Source: a virus (lineage: Duplodnaviria; Caudoviricetes). Taken from it: 40,688 nucleotides of DNA. Of the stretch, positions 7,812 through 16,687 are shown in pieces. The DNA is taken from IMG/VR virus record IMGVR_UViG_3300037781_000129, positions 1 to 40,688 of that record; one strand, given 5' to 3'. The notes under the pieces are model-generated. The model was not told the DNA's origin. It ran no database searches and worked only from the letters and a program-made list of their open reading frames with translations. Position numbers and translations under genes: made by a program. Each line of letters begins with the position of its first letter. Positions within the stretch are counted from its first letter, which is position 1.

Positions 7812-8968
7812 TGCTTAACCGTGCGCCTTTTAACCGACTGCCGATAAACAGCGCGGCAGAATATGATCTCAAAATCACGTATGACGTTCATTTATCAGGG
7901 TCGGCGGTTCAATATAATGCATCCGAGCAGTCGCTTTATGGTCGTTATGGCATTGTTTATCTGCGCTTTGAAGAAGTTGAAGCGCGTGGACATGCCAGCC
8001 TGTTTAAAAGCTTTGCGGCTGATCAGGTAGGCGCTTATGGTTTGCGAATCCAGACCTATGATGTGGATCTGCTGGGTGCCAGCCGCTGGTATTTAAATTA
8101 CACCGGCAGTGCCAGCGGCAAAGCGGTATTGCTGCGAACCGTGAACGGTGAAATTGCCCGCGGCGCCTACGGCATCAGTGGAGCCACTTATTCGCAGGTG
8201 ATTAGCGGTAATTTCTCGGTGGCTTATGAGTCTTACCAGGCCACAATGGTGGGGCTGCATGAGCTGCAGGGTTATACACCGCAGTCCACAGTGCTTCGCG
8301 GTGCGGCGTTACAGCTCAAGACTTATCTGAATGAACAGCGCGGCTTGTCGCGTATGGCGAATGACAGCCTGGTGGCGTATGAGCTTTATATTGGTGTTGA
8401 TGCCGATCCGGACTTTGATGCTGCCCCTGATGAGACATTTACATCGCTGCCTTTTGAAACCGATGCCTTGTCTGTTGGCAGCACGTATCACTTTGTGTTG
8501 CGCCAGCGTAATGCGTGGGATTTGCAGTCGAAGAATGTACGCAGTTGGTCGGTGACGGTGGATGATGCCGGCGGTGCACTGCTTGCACCGGCAGCAGTGA
8601 GTGAACCTGTCATCAGTGCGGCTGCGGACGGCCGGGCGCTGCTGACGGGTTATTATGATTATGTGGCTGATGAGAACCGGGCCGATCAGTTTGTTTTATT
8701 CATCACCGCCGATGGATCGGAGCCGGACATTGATAATGACACGCCGGTTTATGTATCGATGACCAAGGCTGACGGCCGCGCCAAGCTGAAGTACCTGACC
8801 TTGCCTTATGGTGATGGTTTCACGGTGAAGGCGCTGGTGATGACGCGTCGTGCGGCAGATGACGCCCTGAGCCCGGCCAGCAGTGTATTGGAAGTAGTGA
8901 CCAGTACCGATGGTCCGGTGGCGCCATTAGGTAGTGCCTTATTCGGCCGCGTGGCCGGACAGAAGTAA
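7811..8968 (+). CDS. Tail structural protein
   Basis: 385-aa ORF coupled by TGATG, with N-terminal LNRAPFN and FN3-like C-terminal half. Confidence 0.55.
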   Translation: MLNRAPFNRLPINSAAEYDLKITYDVHLSGSAVQYNASEQSLYGRYGIVYLRFEEVEARGHASLFKSFAADQVGAYGLRIQTYDVDLLGASRWYLNYTGSASGKAVLLRTVNGEIARGAYGISGATYSQVISGNFSVAYESYQATMVGLHELQGYTPQSTVLRGAALQLKTYLNEQRGLSRMANDSLVAYELYIGVDADPDFDAAPDETFTSLPFETDALSVGSTYHFVLRQRNAWDLQSKNVRSWSVTVDDAGGALLAPAAVSEPVISAAADGRALLTGYYDYVADENRADQFVLFITADGSEPDIDNDTPVYVSMTKADGRAKLKYLTLPYGDGFTVKALVMTRRAADDALSPASSVLEVVTSTDGPVAPLGSALFGRVAGQK

Positions 8969-8983
8969 TTCCCCGAGGTTTTA

Positions 8984-11900
8984 ATGACAACAGTGCAACT
9001 GACCGGTGACCGCGGTGCGGTGATCTTTGGTGCTGAGTCTTTGCTTGTGCAGGTGAAGCGCCGCTGGGCCGATGACTGGCAGACGATGCCTTATCTGACA
9101 CCGCTGTCTGCGCAGTTATCTATCTCGCCAGATATGCCGCGTGCTGATTTTGTTTATCACTATGGGCAGATCAAGCGCGAGGATAACGCCGAGTTTATCG
9201 ACTTTGATCCGCTTAACCTGTCGAACTGGTATGTGCGGGTGTTGATTGATGATCAGCAGGTCTTCGTTGGCATTTTGATGGATGATCGCTTCGATTTGCT
9301 AGGCGCGCTGAATAATCAGCCGTCGGGTGATCAGGCAATGACGGCCTACGGACTGGAACATTTGCTGGACCGCGCTTCTGTTCTGGGGGCTGTAACGCTT
9401 GGCGGGGTGATTTCGCACACACCAACTTTCAACCTGGTTGAAAACTACGGCGGTGCAGTACGCGGCAACCGCAGTGATTCGCTGGTTGATGGCGTGTATG
9501 TGTTTGCCAATAATGATGCGCGCTGGTCGAATCTGGATATTATTCACTATGTACTAGCCCATCATACTGACTTTGGCTTTGAGATTGATTTGTCTGGCCA
9601 GTTTGATGTGTTGGCTGATATTTATGGTGCCTATTGGTTTGAGGGGCTGACGGTCCGGCAGGTGCTGGATAAGTTGATCGACCGTCGCCGCGGCCTTGGC
9701 TGGTATGTGTGGTCGGATGGCAGCACGGTGAGCATTCATGTGTTTACGGTGTTCGAGCGTGATATTGGTCTGGGCGATGTGCAGATTTCAGGCAATCCGC
9801 AGCAGGTTGAAATTGATGCCGATACGCTGGATGTGCAGGAGGTCACTATCTCCCAGTCCGAGAGTCAGCTTTATGATCGCATTGTGGTTCAGGGCGCCCG
9901 AGCACGTAGTGTGTTTACGGTGTCGGTTCAGGAAGGTTCACTGAAGGCCGCCTGGTCCGCCTCTGATGAGGCAGCATATAAGGCTGTTGCCGGTGCGACC
10001 AATGAGGAGCGCGATGCGGAGCGGGAGTCTGACCGCTTTGCGCCGGTTTATCAGCATTTCACGCTGGATGAAAACTGGAACGAAACAGCCAATGACGGCC
10101 AGGGCGGTGATCGCCTGCCAGTATTGCCGGCATTTAACGATCTGGCGCAGCTGCAGTCTGGCAGTTCACCGGCGATGCAGATCCGCAGGCCATTCAATCG
10201 TACGCTGCCTTTTTATGATGAGAATGGCGACCCGGTTGCGCCTGTTGTGATCGGGCTGGCCAGCCCTGAAAGCGGCGATCGTTATGTGCAGCTGGATGGT
10301 GCGGGTAAGGTTTTGGGGCAGGCGAAGTCGCTGGTTCGCATGATGGATGAGAAGCCGGGCATTGTTCTGCGTGCCGGCATTAACCACGCGCTGGGGCTGA
10401 ATCATTTCGACCCGACAGCGAATGGCAGCGACACCAAGCCGGTGGTCGATTATGAGACGCTGCTGGCCACGGTGAGCATTGAGACAGATACCCGTCCGTC
10501 AGTGGATGTGATGCTGAATGCAGACACGGACAATGCCCGGGTCTTGGTGCTGACGGTGCATGATGCTGAGTTCTGGTATGTCACGCCCGACACGGTTCGC
10601 GGTGTTGAGAACGGACAGTTGCAGCGTGAAACCGGTGGCGCCGTGCGTGATGATACGGATAAGCTGCGTTACCTGGCGGCGCTGGCAACAGGCTGGTATG
10701 GCCAGAAACGTTCGAGCATCACGTTGACAACACGCAATCTGCCATCAAACCTGAGTCTAGGCTCACTGGTGACTTCTGCCGCCAGTTCCTGGCACAAGGA
10801 AAACATCGGCACGGTGCTGAGCAGCATTGATTATGATTTTGTTGGTCGGACCACGACGATACGCACCGGCTATGCTGAGCTGGATCTGCAGGCGATGCTG
10901 GATATTCCCGGCATGTCTGATTTTCGCAGCGTTGGCCGGGCCTTTAACCGGCAGCAGGCCCAGCTGCGGCAGATAACTGATCGGCTGGCGAATATGCCAG
11001 TCCGATATGCTATGTCAGGTTCAAGTGGTGAGGGAACAGATGAAATCGCGGCTGTTGACTTCATTGTTGATAACTTTGATCGCGGTGATGCCAATGGGCT
11101 AGGTAGTTATTGGCAGAACTCACTTAATAGAGTGCAGATTGTTGATGGTGCATTAAGGCAGGTCAGCGGATCCACCAATACTTTCGGATTAAGTTTCTCG
11201 CTGAACCGCAATATTTCTCAGCAAAATGCCTCTGATGGGTTGGTTTATGTAAATGGGGTTCAGCAGGGTGGTAGCCGTATCACATATGCATCAGCGTTAT
11301 CTAGAGCGCCGGACAGCTTTGAAGAAAACTTATATAACTATCAGTTGCTGAGGCCAGGTGAAGGTTTGGCTTCGAGTGTGGTTTCTTACACCCGTGAGCT
11401 CACAGACAGTGATTATATTATTGAGCTTGAAATCGAAAGCGCAACAAAAGAGGGGCAGGCAGGTAGCTCGACTCAAAATTATGAGTTGTTTGCCGGAATA
11501 TGCGGCCTCGCCTTTTCAGGTGTGAAAGATGACTCAGGGGCGATTAGTTTTGACCGTTGTGGCTTTGATTATTGGGGGCAGGCAAACAGCCTGACTTATG
11601 AGGCCCCAGCAATTAGCTATGTAACACAGGCCCTTAACAGTGAATATGCGATTGAGTGGGCAGATAGCGGTGTTGGCGATATAAGTGAGCAGCTCGTCGG
11701 GTCGGCATCACGAACATTGAATGTTGCTGAGCGAACCGGTCAGATGTCTGGCGCCAGTGCGAATTTCAACGCTTTTTCTATGTACACACTGTCTTTCGAC
11801 GGCGCGTTGATCAGTAAGAAAACTATTGAGCCAGAGGCGGTTTATCTGAGTCAATCAGAAAGTGATGAGGTTGATATTCGTTTTGACACTTATTCATGGT

Positions 11901-12454
11901 CTGTTGATATTCCCGATAAACCGGGGACGAGTAATTACTTTGTTCGTGGGTATATGGGTGCTCCAGAGCCTGACGGTTACTCAAGCAACACGCCGTCCAT
12001 TTTCACCATTAATACCTCTAATTCCGAAGTCAGTTACACCGCGAGATACATCAGTAACGCTGAGGTTACTTATGACTGGTCGACGCTGAGTGTTTCTGGA
12101 GGCAATGTTGAGGCTGTTAACCCGGCAACAAACAAGCTGAGATTGAATGTTTCCGGTAATTCAGTGAGCGCTTATCTGAATGGTGCTTATCTAGGCATGA
12201 GCCAGTTAAGTGCACCCGTTGCAGGAAAGCATGTCGGGATTATTTCCAGGCTAATTCAATCGAATCTCGCCTTTTATAGCGGTCTAAAAATAAAACGCTT
12301 TAAAGCCTGGCGTTCTGACATTCCTGAGCCATCTGATAACCAGTCAGGTCACGGCACTTATGACGCCGACGGTGGCGGCTTCAATTACACCGATGGCTAC
12401 CACGTGCCCGACGGCAACGGCGGAATAGTCTACGACCCCACTGCTTTGGATTAA
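8984..12454 (+). CDS. Large tail tip (hub/central fibre-like) protein
   Basis: 1156 aa. The N-terminal ~670 aa resemble a hub, followed by a coiled coil (RQQAQLRQITDRL) and a Ser-rich, lower-GC C-terminal region. Confidence 0.65.
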   Translation: MTTVQLTGDRGAVIFGAESLLVQVKRRWADDWQTMPYLTPLSAQLSISPDMPRADFVYHYGQIKREDNAEFIDFDPLNLSNWYVRVLIDDQQVFVGILMDDRFDLLGALNNQPSGDQAMTAYGLEHLLDRASVLGAVTLGGVISHTPTFNLVENYGGAVRGNRSDSLVDGVYVFANNDARWSNLDIIHYVLAHHTDFGFEIDLSGQFDVLADIYGAYWFEGLTVRQVLDKLIDRRRGLGWYVWSDGSTVSIHVFTVFERDIGLGDVQISGNPQQVEIDADTLDVQEVTISQSESQLYDRIVVQGARARSVFTVSVQEGSLKAAWSASDEAAYKAVAGATNEERDAERESDRFAPVYQHFTLDENWNETANDGQGGDRLPVLPAFNDLAQLQSGSSPAMQIRRPFNRTLPFYDENGDPVAPVVIGLASPESGDRYVQLDGAGKVLGQAKSLVRMMDEKPGIVLRAGINHALGLNHFDPTANGSDTKPVVDYETLLATVSIETDTRPSVDVMLNADTDNARVLVLTVHDAEFWYVTPDTVRGVENGQLQRETGGAVRDDTDKLRYLAALATGWYGQKRSSITLTTRNLPSNLSLGSLVTSAASSWHKENIGTVLSSIDYDFVGRTTTIRTGYAELDLQAMLDIPGMSDFRSVGRAFNRQQAQLRQITDRLANMPVRYAMSGSSGEGTDEIAAVDFIVDNFDRGDANGLGSYWQNSLNRVQIVDGALRQVSGSTNTFGLSFSLNRNISQQNASDGLVYVNGVQQGGSRITYASALSRAPDSFEENLYNYQLLRPGEGLASSVVSYTRELTDSDYIIELEIESATKEGQAGSSTQNYELFAGICGLAFSGVKDDSGAISFDRCGFDYWGQANSLTYEAPAISYVTQALNSEYAIEWADSGVGDISEQLVGSASRTLNVAERTGQMSGASANFNAFSMYTLSFDGALISKKTIEPEAVYLSQSESDEVDIRFDTYSWSVDIPDKPGTSNYFVRGYMGAPEPDGYSSNTPSIFTINTSNSEVSYTARYISNAEVTYDWSTLSVSGGNVEAVNPATNKLRLNVSGNSVSAYLNGAYLGMSQLSAPVAGKHVGIISRLIQSNLAFYSGLKIKRFKAWRSDIPEPSDNQSGHGTYDADGGGFNYTDGYHVPDGNGGIVYDPTALD

Positions 12455-12460
12455 TCAATC

Positions 12461-12483
12461 AGCCCCGGTTCCGGGGCTTTTTT
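12461..12483 (+). terminator. Intrinsic terminator
   Basis: AGCCCCG-GTTC-CGGGGCT followed by a T run; nearly identical to the hairpin at 4516. Confidence 0.75.
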
Positions 12484-12498
12484 ATGCCCGGAGGTTTT

Positions 12499-13074
12499 AT
12501 GGAACAGGCTGTTTGTGAGCGGCAGGAGACCGTCATTCTGACGCATGGTTTTAATGTGAAAGATGGTGGTGCCGGGAGCATTGACAAGTTAAAGCCGCAC
12601 CTCAGTGATTTCCGGCTGCTTGAGGCTGATTATGGCTGGTTTGGTCTGCTGAGTGTTCGTCTCTACAACGACAACATCGCCAGAATGATTAAAGGCATGA
12701 CGCCAGAACAGTCCATCGGCATTGGTCACAGCAATGGTTGCACGTTGCTGATGAAGGCCTGCGAGTTCGGTGCCAGTTTTCGACACCTCATCCTGATTAA
12801 TCCGGCGCTGGACAAGGACACGCAAATCCCAATGCAGGTTGATCGGGTTGATGTGCTTCACAACAACTACGACAACGTGGTCACGGCCTCGCGTTTCCGG
12901 CCCTGGCATCCATGGGGAGAAATGGGCAGAACCGGTTACCGCGGAGAAGATCCCCGCGTTTTCAACCACGAGACTTTCCACCTGTTCGGCGTCCAGGGTC
13001 ACAGTGAAGTCTTTTTCAAAGCCGCTGATCTGGGCGAGTACATCAATATGCTGATTGAAGAGGGGCGACACTGA
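12499..13074 (+). CDS. Alpha/beta-hydrolase (lipase/esterase-like)
   Basis: Oxyanion motif THGFN, nucleophile elbow GHSNG, candidate Asp in NYDNVV and His in QGHSE. SD GGAGG precedes ATG 12499. Confidence 0.85.
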   Translation: MEQAVCERQETVILTHGFNVKDGGAGSIDKLKPHLSDFRLLEADYGWFGLLSVRLYNDNIARMIKGMTPEQSIGIGHSNGCTLLMKACEFGASFRHLILINPALDKDTQIPMQVDRVDVLHNNYDNVVTASRFRPWHPWGEMGRTGYRGEDPRVFNHETFHLFGVQGHSEVFFKAADLGEYINMLIEEGRH

Positions 13075-13075
13075 T

Positions 13076-13195
13076 ATGTATGCAGCTGACTTTTGGTTAT
13101 TGGTAGCCGCTATCTCCGGCGGTGGGATCTGCTTGCTGTGTGGGTTAATTCTCGCCGGCCGGTTGAAACGTAAAAATAAGGATGATCTGCTATGA
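13076..13195 (+). CDS. 39-aa single-pass membrane peptide (not in ORF track)
   Basis: MYAADFWLLVAAISGGGICLLCGLILAGRLKRKNKDDLL. Starts 2 nt after the hydrolase stop and overlaps the endolysin start (ATGA). Confidence 0.7.
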   Translation: MYAADFWLLVAAISGGGICLLCGLILAGRLKRKNKDDLL

Positions 13196-13644
13196 GTAGC
13201 TGGGAGAAAGCACTGCCGTACTTCCCTGAACATGAGCTTGCTTGCAAAGGGACCGGAATCATTAAGTTGGATATGCGTTTCGCGGCAGCATTGCCCCAGC
13301 TACGCCTTGCATGGGGCGGGCCATTAACACCGACCAGTGTTTGCCGTACGCCTGAGCACAACCAAAGAGAAGGAGGTCACCCGAACAGCCTTCACTTAAC
13401 AGAAAACCCGAAGCACTGGACACATGGGGCCATGGCCGCTGACCTCAGATGGTATGACTGGTCCGATGAAACCAGACTGAAGTTCGCCAGGCTGGCATGG
13501 TCACTAGGTTGGGCTGTTGGATTAAATGATGTGTTCATCCACATTGACCGGCGAACCGATATTGGTTTGAAACAACAAGTTTTCAACTACGGTTCAGACT
13601 GGTCCGGCACTTTCGGTGCGCGTGAAATTCAATCCGGCCAGTAA
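13192..13644 (+). CDS. Endolysin, peptidase M15A family
   Basis: F..HELACK, SVCRTPEHN..EGG...SLH, AADL and FIHID zinc-peptidase motifs. Confidence 0.88.
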   Translation: MSSWEKALPYFPEHELACKGTGIIKLDMRFAAALPQLRLAWGGPLTPTSVCRTPEHNQREGGHPNSLHLTENPKHWTHGAMAADLRWYDWSDETRLKFARLAWSLGWAVGLNDVFIHIDRRTDIGLKQQVFNYGSDWSGTFGAREIQSGQ

Positions 13645-13661
13645 AAACGACAGCAGATAAT

Positions 13662-13885
13662 TGCACCATTCACATCTAAGGCGCTGAATCCACTGCGGTT
13701 AGGTGTCTCCCCCTGGGCACCACTTCCCATTATCACACATCACCGTGTATTTTCTCAAAACTCCGCAAACTGTTGCGGTGTCTAGCTCTCCGGCTTTTTC
13801 TTCTTTGCCTTTATTCCCACAATGCTTCACAAAAATTCCGTTTTAGGCGTATATTTTTACACCTGACTGCACCAAAATTGCACCA
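13662..13885 (+). mobile_element. attP region: core resembling the 3' end of a tRNA-Leu, with integrase arm repeats
   Basis: GTCTCCCCCTGGGCACCA (13705-13722) resembles a T-stem/acceptor/CCA end. TGCACCA repeats at 13662, 13868 and 13879 flank it. Adjacent to the integrase. Confidence 0.75.
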
Positions 13886-13900
13886 AGGATTTGTGAGAAT

Positions 13901-14890
13901 ATGGCCACCTATAGTAAGCGCGGAGACCGCTGGCGTGTGCAGGTTACCGTCCATGGTACACGCAAAAGTAAAACATTTCCGACTAAATCTCATGCGCAAG
14001 CCTGGGCGCGGATGATGGAGCGCGACCACGCCGACATTCAGGTGGGCATGATTCCGAACAAGACGGTTAAGGATTTGCTGGACCGTTATGATCGAGAGGT
14101 GTCTGTTCACAAAGGCGGTGCGCGGTGGGAGCATATCCGGCTTTTGAAACTGCAGCGTGATCCGATTGCTGACATTGGTACCCGGGAACTAAGCCCGCAG
14201 GATGTGGCTGATTGGCGGGACCGTAGTTTGAAGGCAGGACTGTCAGGTTCGTCTGTGAATAGAGAGTGGGCATTGTTGAGCGCGGTGTTTGACCGGGCTA
14301 TTCGGGAGTGGGGGTGGTTGAAGTTGAACCCGATGAGGATGGCGACCAGGCCGAAGTCAAACCCGGAGAGAAAGCGCAGGCCGACCCAGGATGAGATTGA
14401 TAAGCTGCTGGAGGTGATGCAGTTTGATGGCGCTTATCCGGTTTCTGTGGGGCAGCGCCTGGCGTTTGTGATGCTGTTCGGTATAGAGACAGCCATGCGA
14501 ACGGGGGAGATGTGCGCCATGCGCTGGCAGGATGTCAGCGAGCGCGTTGTGGAGATACCCAAGACAAAGAACGGTGATGCGCGAACGGTGCCGCTGAGTC
14601 GTTATGCCCGTGAGCTGATCGATACATTTCGTAAAGATGATCAGCAGCCGGATGACCTGGTGTTTGAGTTAAAACCATCACAGGTCGACGCGAACTTTCG
14701 GAAGATGCGCAAGAAAGCCGGCATTGATGATTTGCACTTTCATGATTTCCGCAGAGAAGGCACAACCAGACTGGCCAAAAAGGTCGATGTGATGACACTG
14801 GCAAAGATAACGGGTCACCGTGATGTTCGTATCCTTTTAAAAACATACTATGCACCAAAAATGGATGAGGTGGCTGACCTGCTGGATTAG
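13901..14890 (+). CDS. int: Tyrosine integrase
   Basis: Catalytic set: TAMRTGE, TKNG, HDFRRE, TGH, TYY. N-terminal arm-binding-like domain. Confidence 0.95.
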   Translation: MATYSKRGDRWRVQVTVHGTRKSKTFPTKSHAQAWARMMERDHADIQVGMIPNKTVKDLLDRYDREVSVHKGGARWEHIRLLKLQRDPIADIGTRELSPQDVADWRDRSLKAGLSGSSVNREWALLSAVFDRAIREWGWLKLNPMRMATRPKSNPERKRRPTQDEIDKLLEVMQFDGAYPVSVGQRLAFVMLFGIETAMRTGEMCAMRWQDVSERVVEIPKTKNGDARTVPLSRYARELIDTFRKDDQQPDDLVFELKPSQVDANFRKMRKKAGIDDLHFHDFRREGTTRLAKKVDVMTLAKITGHRDVRILLKTYYAPKMDEVADLLD

Positions 14891-15069
14891 TGCTCACGTT
14901 GCTTGAGCAGCCATTGTTGAAATTCTTCGCGTAGCCAGAACCGTTTACGGCCTATTTTCAGGGGTTTTGGGAATCCGGGCTCTTTTGTGATCCGGTCCTT
15001 AACATGACGAACGCTGAAGCCCAGTTCCTGGGCGATGTCTTCGGCTTGAATTTTGTTGGGTAATACCAT
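14887..15069 (-). CDS. Excisionase / AlpA-like HTH
   Basis: IAQELGFSVRHV...PGFPKPLKIG.KRFW; converges on int. Confidence 0.8.
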   Translation of the reverse strand: MVLPNKIQAEDIAQELGFSVRHVKDRITKEPGFPKPLKIGRKRFWLREEFQQWLLKQREH

Positions 15070-15083
15070 AGTGCGTGTCTCTT

Positions 15084-15317
15084 TTATTTTGCGAAGCTTT
15101 GAGCAGCGCGGTGTATGCGCGCGTTAAACCATCGACGGATGACGTAACTGCGGATCAGGCTTATAAAGGTGAACCAAAGGCCGATCAGCATGTTGTCATG
15201 CAATGGGATGTGAATATCGAACAACGGAAAGATGAGTAGCTGGCTGGCCAATGCCACGCAATAGCCAATCAGAATATTGATCAGTGATTCGATAAACGAG
15301 CTTAGTCTTGATTGCAT
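15084..15317 (-). CDS. Small two-TM phage membrane protein (DUF7220-like)
   Basis: QSRLSSFIES..N...GY and SLIRSYVIRRWF motifs with two hydrophobic helices. Confidence 0.65.
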   Translation of the reverse strand: MQSRLSSFIESLINILIGYCVALASQLLIFPLFDIHIPLHDNMLIGLWFTFISLIRSYVIRRWFNARIHRAAQSFAK

Positions 15318-15320
15318 AAC

Positions 15321-15629
15321 TCAGCCCTTATCTGCCTGCTGGCGTTGTTGGTTGGCGTTGGTCAGGGCTTCTCTTGCAATCTCTCTGACCGCATCCATTC
15401 TGTCCGGCAATGTTATTACCCAGTCGCAGTCACGCAGTTTTTCCAACGCCTCAACCAACTGCTGATTTATGGCTTGGAGTTGTTGCTGTTGTTTCCATGC
15501 GCTTTGCAGTTCGCAAATCAAGCACGGCTCATCATCAGGACTGTCGGAATGAAACAGACCGGTGTGTGGAATGCTCGCCTGGCGGATATGCTCATCGCAC
15601 AGCAGGTATCTTTCTTTTAATTCACTCAT
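15321..15629 (-). CDS. Hypothetical protein
   Basis: Co-oriented in the early operon and overlapping the upstream stop. Confidence 0.6.
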   Translation of the reverse strand: MSELKERYLLCDEHIRQASIPHTGLFHSDSPDDEPCLICELQSAWKQQQQLQAINQQLVEALEKLRDCDWVITLPDRMDAVREIAREALTNANQQRQQADKG

Positions 15630-15780
15630 TCACATCACCTCGCTTAGCATTTCTGAGCGCCTTACTTTCTCTGTGCCAGATGCATTGCCACCATCCGCCT
15701 TTTGTTAGCCACATCAGTTCAATGCCTGGCTCAATCCGAAGCCATAACCGCCACAATCTAAAGTTGTATTTACTTCCCAT
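15622..15780 (-). CDS. 52-aa Trp-rich hypothetical protein (not in ORF track)
   Basis: MGSKYNFRLWRLWLRIEPG...; fills the gap, with SD GAGGTG upstream. Confidence 0.5.
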   Translation of the reverse strand: MGSKYNFRLWRLWLRIEPGIELMWLTKGGWWQCIWHRESKALRNAKRGDVNE

Positions 15781-15789
15781 CACATCACC

Positions 15790-16101
15790 TCAATAATCCG
15801 GTCTTTGTATTTCATTTCCAGCCAGTCTTGCTTTGCGGTTTTTGTGGCGCATCTTCGCGTCATGTCCGTTGTGGCATTTCTGGCAAAGCGCTGCCAAGTT
15901 AAGCAGGCTTGCTGCTTCTGGCCTGTGGTCATAAACATGCGCACAGGTAAGCACTACTTTGCTGCCGGTGATCGGATGAGGCTTCCCGTTCTCTGCCCCG
16001 CACCACTCGCAATGATTCTTTGCCCTGTAAAATCTGACGAACCTACTTCGTAGCTTCCAGTCCTTCGGGTAGCGTTTTTTCATTTCTGGACGAATCGGCA
16101 C
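15790..16101 (-). CDS. HNH endonuclease-like protein
   Basis: CEWC...LTCAHV.DH.PE...NL.ALCQKCHN.HD. Confidence 0.8.
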   Translation of the reverse strand: MPIRPEMKKRYPKDWKLRSRFVRFYRAKNHCEWCGAENGKPHPITGSKVVLTCAHVYDHRPEAASLLNLAALCQKCHNGHDAKMRHKNRKARLAGNEIQRPDY

Positions 16102-16110
16102 CGGCTCACC

Positions 16111-16287
16111 TCAGCAAGTCGTTTTGATTCGACGCAGCAGCTTGCAGGTGCGGTTTAGATTCCTGCCGTATTTGCCTCTGCGCGGTGGCTGGTAGCTATG
16201 CGCTCTGTTAAATGTACTGATGGGACGAGTCATCATTTCACCGCCAATCAGAGCCAGTGCTTGTGTGAGTTCTGCTTTTCCGATCAT
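16111..16287 (-). CDS. 58-aa basic hypothetical protein (not in ORF track)
   Basis: [24 protein letters not shown]...; TGATG coupling to the upstream gene. Confidence 0.45.
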   Translation of the reverse strand: MIGKAELTQALALIGGEMMTRPISTFNRAHSYQPPRRGKYGRNLNRTCKLLRRIKTTC

Positions 16288-16502
16288 CACTTCACCTCTT
16301 GGTCGAACTCATCAGCCATGCTGTTGAGCTTGCTATGAACATAGTTGGCAATGCGTCTCAACTTCCCTGCAGCATCATCTGGATATTCATGCAGGCCTTG
16401 CTTGCAAATGTGTCGGTTGGCAGCCTGAACAATCACATTGATGACGTGGAGCTCCTCATCGCTTTCAAAGACTTCATATTCTTCAACTGCTGTCTCAGCC
16501 AT
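16287..16502 (-). CDS. Hypothetical protein
   Basis: Overlaps the csrA stop; operon context. Confidence 0.6.
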   Translation of the reverse strand: MAETAVEEYEVFESDEELHVINVIVQAANRHICKQGLHEYPDDAAGKLRRIANYVHSKLNSMADEFDQEVK

Positions 16503-16683
16503 TGTTCACCGCCTTTGGCTTTTCCTGCTGGATGCGATCGTAGATTTCTTCTCGATGCACGCTGACATCCTTGGGTGCATCAACACCGATTCTGACCTGG
16601 TTGGCTTTAACGCCGAGGACGTTGACTACAACGTCGTCGCCGATGATGAGTGATTCGCCTACGCGTCTGGTTAAGATCAACAA
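16495..16683 (-). CDS. csrA: Carbon storage regulator CsrA/RsmA homologue
   Basis: [55 protein letters not shown], a near-canonical CsrA. TTG start. Confidence 0.95.
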   Translation of the reverse strand: MLILTRRVGESLIIGDDVVVNVLGVKANQVRIGVDAPKDVSVHREEIYDRIQQEKPKAVNNG

Positions 16684-16687
16684 TTTC

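Noticed and set aside
4552-12454. Diversity-generating retroelement or invertible fibre cassette
   Set aside because: No reverse transcriptase or invertase gene, and no template/variable repeat pair or inverted fibre fragments seen by eye.
13076-13195. Lipoprotein o-spanin or u-spanin
   Set aside because: No basic N-terminus, neither Cys is in a lipobox (GGIC, CLLC), and there is no periplasmic domain.
13690-13722. Complete tRNA gene
   Set aside because: Only the 3' 18 nt look tRNA-like; there is no TTC loop, D arm or matching 5' acceptor strand.
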